A stretch of 11,348 nucleotides of DNA, taken from Halodesulfurarchaeum sp. Its GTDB lineage: Archaea; Halobacteriota; Halobacteria; Halobacteriales; Halobacteriaceae. Where the stretch lies: assembly GCA_042216015.1 (NCBI GenBank), contig JBDGUI010000022.1:1-11348 (forward strand), given 5' to 3'. The notes beneath the pieces were generated by a model. That model worked only from the letters and a program-made list of their open reading frames with translations, was not told the DNA's origin and made no database searches. This document shows positions 6,509 through 11,348 of this stretch, in pieces (the stretch's first letter is position 1; the number at the start of each line of letters is the position of its first letter). The translations under genes were made by a program, and so were the position numbers.

Positions 6509-7495
6509 TCAATCTGTGACCCGTTGTGCCATTCCATAGAGCAACGCCACGAGGCCGGCGATGATGATCAGCACCGCGACGTTGAGCCCGAGACTCCAGA
6601 AGACCCCGAAGGTCCCCTCGAGGATCGTCTCCGGAGGCTCCAGGAGGTAGAGGGTCGTCCGCGTGCCCGGAATCGGTGCCAGAATGCGATCGATCATGAT
6701 CCCGGAGTAGATCGCGGCGAAGACGAAGAGCACCACCCCGACGGCCGCGACCTGAATCGAGCGGCCCTCGATGGCGTCGCCGGTGGCAGTCTCCCCCTGG
6801 CCAGTCGGGCCGGTCGGTGCCTCGGAGGGCTCGCCCCCGTCGGTCCGCTCCGAGTCGCCATCCACCCATTTACCCCACTCCTCCCGGGCCCGCTCGAGGG
6901 ACACCCGACCGGTGAAGATCGAGGTGTCGAGTGGGAACTGGAGGACGTGGGTGTCATAGAGGTGGAAGGTCACGCCCATCAGGAGCGTGAACGCGAACAC
7001 CGCATGGAGGTCACTCGCGACGAGGAACGCGGGACGGTACCGGAGCAGGAGACCGGGGAAGACGAGCAGGAGCCCCGTCGCGGCCAGGACGGTGAGCTCG
7101 ACGGTGATGATCAGGATCTCGGACTTCTGGATCCAGTTGTACTTTCCCGATCGTGGCTGTCTCCCTCGGCCGAGCACGTGTTTCGCGTAGGCGATCGCCT
7201 CCCGAACCGTCTCTCGGGTCGGAATCCAGTCCGTGGGGACATCTCCCGTCGCCAGCCCGGTGATCGCGTAGATGAGATAGTACAGAAGCGAGAGAAAGAG
7301 GGTGACCCCGGCGACGATGTGGATCAGCACGATGTTCTGGTAGCCGAAGATGGCATAGAGCCAACCCACCTGCCCGCCGAACGTGATCGCGGTCCCCGAA
7401 AGGAACAGCACGAGAATCGCCCCGGCCATCAGGAAGTGAAAGTACACCTGGACGGCCGAAAAGCGTGCCACCGTCTCGGCGTCCGGCTCGTTCAT
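6509..7495 (-). CDS. fdhC: Formate dehydrogenase cytochrome b (gamma) membrane subunit with C-terminal 2-TM extension, 328 aa
   Basis: VARFS...YFH, IHIVAG, GKYNWIQK and LHAVFA...TFHL give four candidate heme-ligand His. C-terminal SIFTGRVS...W is typical of FdnI/HupC-type cytochromes b. Confidence 0.88.
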   Translation of the reverse strand: MNEPDAETVARFSAVQVYFHFLMAGAILVLFLSGTAITFGGQVGWLYAIFGYQNIVLIHIVAGVTLFLSLLYYLIYAITGLATGDVPTDWIPTRETVREAIAYAKHVLGRGRQPRSGKYNWIQKSEILIITVELTVLAATGLLLVFPGLLLRYRPAFLVASDLHAVFAFTLLMGVTFHLYDTHVLQFPLDTSIFTGRVSLERAREEWGKWVDGDSERTDGGEPSEAPTGPTGQGETATGDAIEGRSIQVAAVGVVLFVFAAIYSGIMIDRILAPIPGTRTTLYLLEPPETILEGTFGVFWSLGLNVAVLIIIAGLVALLYGMAQRVTD

Positions 7496-7776
7496 CGGTT
7501 CACCCCCTGGTGTGTGCGCAACGAGAGGACGAGCAGCACGGAGACCGTCGCGATCAGGCCGGTGAGGTAGACGCCCAGGAGCCCGCGCAGGATGAGCCAG
7601 TTCCCTGACATGGACTCGTACTGCGAGATTCCCTCACCGACCAGCGCGAGCGTATCCCGCATCCACACGCCGGTCGTCAACCCCGGGGATGCGGCGTTCA
7701 GGGCGTACAACACGCCGGCTCCGATGAGTACTGCGGCGACTGCGGCGACGATGGATCGGACGTGGTCGGTGTGCAT
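7492..7776 (-). CDS. Small 2-TM hypothetical membrane protein in the fdh operon, 94 aa
   Basis: Fills the gap between fdhB and fdhC, has two hydrophobic segments, and its stop overlaps the fdhC start (ATGA). Confidence 0.8.
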   Translation of the reverse strand: MHTDHVRSIVAAVAAVLIGAGVLYALNAASPGLTTGVWMRDTLALVGEGISQYESMSGNWLILRGLLGVYLTGLIATVSVLLVLSLRTHQGVNR

Positions 7777-7788
7777 CGTTTTCCCGTG

Positions 7789-8343
7789 TCAGTCACTTCC
7801 CGTGCCGAAGACGATCGACTGTTCGGCTTTGGTGAACATCGGGTCGCTACCGCGGCGACGCATCTCGTCCGAGATCTCGCTGGGAGTTCCGAAGACCAGG
7901 GCGTCCGTCGGGCAGGTATTCACGCAGGCAGGGTTCTTGCCCTCTTCGAGGCGTGGCTCGCACGTGGTGCACTTGTCCATGATGCCCGACCCCCCCGTCG
8001 TGGTCTCTTCGGTCGGGTACTGTGGCGCACCGAACGGACAGGCCCAGGCACAGTACGAGCACCCGATGCAGAGGTCCTTGTCAACCTGAACGAGATTGTC
8101 CTCGTCACGGTGGAGTGCGTCCGTGGGACAGACGTCGATACACGGCGCCTCCTCGCAGTTGTAACACTGCATCGGGGTGTGGGTCTCGCCGTCCGTATAA
8201 TACGTCCCGCGTTCGGCCTCGTTGTGCGTCACGACCTCGATGCGCTCGCCGGAGTGGGGGATGTCCCACTCCTCCTTGCAGGCGACCTCGCAGCCACCGC
8301 AGTCGATACAGCGTTCGACGTCGGGAATGACGCGCAGCGTCAT
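7789..8343 (-). CDS. fdhB: Formate dehydrogenase iron-sulfur (beta) subunit, 4x[4Fe-4S], 184 aa
   Basis: CIDCGGCEVAC, CYNCEEAPCIDVCP, CIGCSYCAWACP and KCTTC...PACVNTCP; no C-terminal TM anchor. SD GGAGGTGA at 8350-8357 and ATGA overlap with fdhA. Confidence 0.95.
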   Translation of the reverse strand: MTLRVIPDVERCIDCGGCEVACKEEWDIPHSGERIEVVTHNEAERGTYYTDGETHTPMQCYNCEEAPCIDVCPTDALHRDEDNLVQVDKDLCIGCSYCAWACPFGAPQYPTEETTTGGSGIMDKCTTCEPRLEEGKNPACVNTCPTDALVFGTPSEISDEMRRRGSDPMFTKAEQSIVFGTGSD

Positions 8344-11285
8344 TTCGTGTCACCTCCGAGATTCTGGTCGATGATTCCCTTCTCCTCCTGGAACGCGAGT
8401 TGCTTCTCGGGCAGGTCGGGAATCTGGTCCGGACTCGCCTTTTCGACGAGCGCGAGGTTCGCCTTCGTCTCCTGCATCATGGTATGTGGGTCGTAGCCGT
8501 CTGACGTCCCGATATTGGCCGAGTCCCCGATAGTCAGGGGTGCGAGGCCGTCAGGATACCGGTCTGTGAGCGATTCGCCCTCGAAGATGCCGCCCCAGTG
8601 GAACGGCATGAATAGTTCCTCGTCGTTGACGCGGTCGGTGACCCTGGCCTGGACGACCATCTTCCCGCGCCTCGTGCCGACCACGATCCAGTCGCCCGTC
8701 TCGACCGCGAGTTCGTTCGCGCGCGCCCGACTGATTTCGGCGTACATGTACGGGGCCCGTTCGGCGGTGAAGCGATTGTTGCGGGTCTCCGCCCCGCCAC
8801 CCGTGTGCTCGACCTGCCGACCGGTCGTCATGATCACGGGGTGTGACTCGACCAGGTTCTTCCGGGCCAGCTGCTTCGAGCGATCGTGGAGGTTGACCCG
8901 GAACAGGTCGTCCATGTCCTCGTAGGTCGGGTACTCGTCGATGAGGTCGGGCCGGGGGGTCTCGATCGGTTCGCGGTGGATGGGAATGGGATCGTAGAGG
9001 TTCCAGGCGTTTCCGCGGGCCCGTCCCCGACCGGTCGGTGGGTCGGGCTGTTTGTGATCGTACTGCGTGTACTCGTCGGGATTGACGTCCTTTCCGGCCT
9101 CGCTCAGAGCCTTCGCGGCGTCGTAGACCGACTTGTCCTCTCGCTCCGCGTACTCGATCGGGACAGTCTTCGCGGCCGGATCGGCAGGGTCCGGCAGGGC
9201 CATGTGCCACATCGGGTACTGCGGGACCCCCTCGATGGTGTCGTCCCACCAGTCGGGTTCGTAGGGATTTCGGAGGAGGTTCTCCCCGTCGGGACTCTCC
9301 GTGCCCCATCGCGAGCGGAAGTCGAGACCGCCCTTCGCCGGGTGCTTGTTGTCGTCGTACAGGATCGGTGTCCCCGGGTGTTCGCCGTGCCAGGAGGGCC
9401 ACGGAAGCCCGAAATAATCGCCCGCGAGCGGGTGGTCGTCGGTGACCTCCGCTTTGAGGTCCTCCGTGTCGAAGACGCCCGAGTTGTCCATGTGTGCCTT
9501 CATCCGCTCCGGCGTCTGCCCGATCATCCCGATGGTGCGCATGCCGAGGTTCCACTCGCGAGTGACGTCCTCGACGCTCTCGTAGTCGAAGTGGTCGCCG
9601 AAGCCCAGCCGCGTTGCCAGGTCCTGAATGATCTCGAAGTCGGTCCGGGAGTTGTGACGGGGCGTCACGGTCTGGCGACGCCACTGGATAGAACGGTGGG
9701 AGTTGGTGACGCTGCCCGCCGTTTCCATCTGGGTCGCCGCCGGCAGGAGGATGATGCCGTCGTCGCGGTCGGGCAGCGAAGAGGTGAGCGCCGGGTACGG
9801 GTCCACGCCCACGATGAGATCGAGATTCTCCATGGCCGTCTTCATCTTCTTCATCTGGGTGACCGAGTTGAGCGAGTGGCCCCAGATCATCACCGCCTTC
9901 AGCGGATTCGGCTGATGGAAGTCGACGCCCGCTTCGTTCCCGGGGAACGCGGCCTCGTACCATCGGGAGACCGTAAGACCGTTCTTCTCCATCAGGTCCT
10001 TCGAGTGGAAGCGATCCCGCATCGCCTCGTAGGATGTCGATCCGCTGGTCGAGGGGGTCTGATCCCAGACGTCCGCCCAGTGACGCCAGGCCCCTTCGCC
10101 GAGGCCGTAGTACCCCGGCAGCGAGTTCGACAGGACACAGAGGTCGGTCGCGCCCTGGACGTTGTCGTGCCCCCGGACGACGTTCAGACCGCCGCCGGCC
10201 TGGGCGGCGTGGCCGAGCGCGAGGTTGAGGATCGCGAACGACCGAATGTTCTGGGTGCCGTTGTTGTGCTGGGTGGATCCCATCGCCCAGTCGACGGTCG
10301 AGACGTCGGCGTTCGCGAGAATCTCCGCTATCTCTTTCAGACGGTCGACGCTCACCCAGCTGATGTCCGAAACCGTCTCGAGGTCGTACTCGCGGATCGT
10401 GTCTTTGACTTCGTCCCAGCCGGCGACCCGGTCGCGGATGAATTCCTCGTCGTGCGCCCCGAGGTTGAAGACGATGTGGTGGGTGAGACCGTTGATAAAG
10501 GCGGTGTCGGTCCCCGGCCGGATGCGGACCGCCTCGTCGGCCTGTGCCGACGTCTTCGTGAATCGGGGTTCGGCGGTGATGACCGTCCCGCCGTTGCGCT
10601 GCATCTGCTGGACGTACTGCATCATCACCGGGTGGGACTCCGCGGGGTTGTGCCCGATGATGAGGTTGGCGTCCTGGTGCTGGTAGTCGTTGAGGGGGTT
10701 GGTCTGGGCGCCGAAACCCCAGGTATTCGCGAGGCCGGCGACCGTCGTGGAGTGACAGATCCGGGCCTGGTGGTCGACGTTGTTGGTCCCGTAGAAGGCC
10801 GCCAGCTTGCGGAACATGTAGGCCTCCTCGTTGTTGACCTTCGCCGATCCCATCCACATCACGGAATCAGGGCCATACTCGTCGCGGATTCGTTCGAGTT
10901 CGGAGGCGACCTCGCGCATGGCCTGCGACCAGGTAATAGTCTTCCACTCGCCGCCTTCTTTCTTCAACGGCTCTTTCAGCCGGTTCTCGTCGTTTACGGT
11001 GTGAGTCAGACTCGCACCCTTCGAACACAGCCCGCCCTGGCTGATCGGATGGTCGTCCCAGGTCTGGAGGCCGACGACCGCGTCGTTCTCGACCTCCATC
11101 TTCAGCCCACAGCCGACCGCACAGTGCGAACAGATCGTCTTGACGGTGTCCGGTTCCTTCCCGGCGTCAGTACCCCCTGTTTCGTCTGATTGGGCGAGGA
11201 CACGGGAGCTTCCGGCGGCGGTCGCGATGGCCGTTCCACCGGCCACTTTAAGGAAGTCCCGTCTCTCGAAGTCTATGCTGGACAT
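8340..11285 (-). CDS. fdhA: Tat-exported Mo/W-bis-PGD formate dehydrogenase catalytic (alpha) subunit, Cys-type, 981 aa
   Basis: Twin-arginine signal FERRDFLK; N-terminal [4Fe-4S] motif CSHCAVGC...LCSKG; active-site DHQARICHS and RGHDNVQG; C-terminal molybdopterin-dinucleotide domain (TTGR, MPFHW). Confidence 0.96.
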   Translation of the reverse strand: MSSIDFERRDFLKVAGGTAIATAAGSSRVLAQSDETGGTDAGKEPDTVKTICSHCAVGCGLKMEVENDAVVGLQTWDDHPISQGGLCSKGASLTHTVNDENRLKEPLKKEGGEWKTITWSQAMREVASELERIRDEYGPDSVMWMGSAKVNNEEAYMFRKLAAFYGTNNVDHQARICHSTTVAGLANTWGFGAQTNPLNDYQHQDANLIIGHNPAESHPVMMQYVQQMQRNGGTVITAEPRFTKTSAQADEAVRIRPGTDTAFINGLTHHIVFNLGAHDEEFIRDRVAGWDEVKDTIREYDLETVSDISWVSVDRLKEIAEILANADVSTVDWAMGSTQHNNGTQNIRSFAILNLALGHAAQAGGGLNVVRGHDNVQGATDLCVLSNSLPGYYGLGEGAWRHWADVWDQTPSTSGSTSYEAMRDRFHSKDLMEKNGLTVSRWYEAAFPGNEAGVDFHQPNPLKAVMIWGHSLNSVTQMKKMKTAMENLDLIVGVDPYPALTSSLPDRDDGIILLPAATQMETAGSVTNSHRSIQWRRQTVTPRHNSRTDFEIIQDLATRLGFGDHFDYESVEDVTREWNLGMRTIGMIGQTPERMKAHMDNSGVFDTEDLKAEVTDDHPLAGDYFGLPWPSWHGEHPGTPILYDDNKHPAKGGLDFRSRWGTESPDGENLLRNPYEPDWWDDTIEGVPQYPMWHMALPDPADPAAKTVPIEYAEREDKSVYDAAKALSEAGKDVNPDEYTQYDHKQPDPPTGRGRARGNAWNLYDPIPIHREPIETPRPDLIDEYPTYEDMDDLFRVNLHDRSKQLARKNLVESHPVIMTTGRQVEHTGGGAETRNNRFTAERAPYMYAEISRARANELAVETGDWIVVGTRRGKMVVQARVTDRVNDEELFMPFHWGGIFEGESLTDRYPDGLAPLTIGDSANIGTSDGYDPHTMMQETKANLALVEKASPDQIPDLPEKQLAFQEEKGIIDQNLGGDTK
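8350..8357 (-). promoter_or_regulatory. Shine-Dalgarno site for fdhB (similar sites at 7500-7507 and 5884-5890)
   Basis: GGAGGTGA lies 6 nt before the ATG. GGGGGTGA and GGGGGTG precede the other two ATGA-coupled starts. Confidence 0.85.
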
Positions 11286-11328
11286 TTACACCCAAACTAA
11301 TGATCGGAACCCGGGTAGTAGCTCACCC

Positions 11329-11348
11329 TATATACAAGGGGCTTTTTA
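11329..11348 (-). promoter_or_regulatory. Probable archaeal BRE/TATA promoter of the fdh operon
   Basis: Minus strand reads TAAAAAGCCCCTTGTATATAGG: an A-rich BRE-like run, then TATATA (11329-11334) ending 43 nt before the ATG. This implies a leader of roughly 20 nt carrying GGGTG (11289-11293). Confidence 0.6.

Noticed and set aside
6524..7570. 348-aa plus-strand ORF
   Set aside because: Antisense shadow of the cytochrome b gene with no domain signature.
10750..10775. Selenocysteine recoding at the FDH active site
   Set aside because: The codon in RICHS is TGT (Cys) and the frame has no internal TGA.
8551..11189. 768-aa (minus, alternate frame) and 767-aa (plus) ORFs
   Set aside because: They lie inside fdhA and have the Arg/Pro-rich or Val-rich composition produced by GC3 codon bias.

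Overview
GC-rich window with acidic predicted proteins, typical of a haloarchaeon (inference; compatible with an anaerobic formate-oxidising or sulfur-respiring lineage). The right two-thirds (3890-11285, minus strand) is a six-gene, translationally coupled operon for a Tat-exported, membrane-anchored Mo/W-bis-PGD formate dehydrogenase. It encodes a catalytic subunit (Cys form), a 4x[4Fe-4S] subunit, a small 2-TM protein, a cytochrome b subunit, a TorD-family chaperone and a 662-aa polyferredoxin that looks like a degenerate HdrA-MvhD fusion. Left of it are an atypical HesB/IscA-type Fe-S carrier (+), a minus-strand trio (His-rich NiCoT/UreH-like transporter, SHOCT protein, MBL-fold hydrolase) and a Met/Gly-rich SHOCT protein (+). 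The first ~420 bp begin with what looks like the 3' end of a tRNA-Ala. They contain repeated copies of that 3' end, two related long hairpin units and a 23-bp tandem duplication. The most unusual items are the HdrA/MvhD-like fusion and the tRNA-linked hairpin array. Neither can be shown to be novel without database searches.
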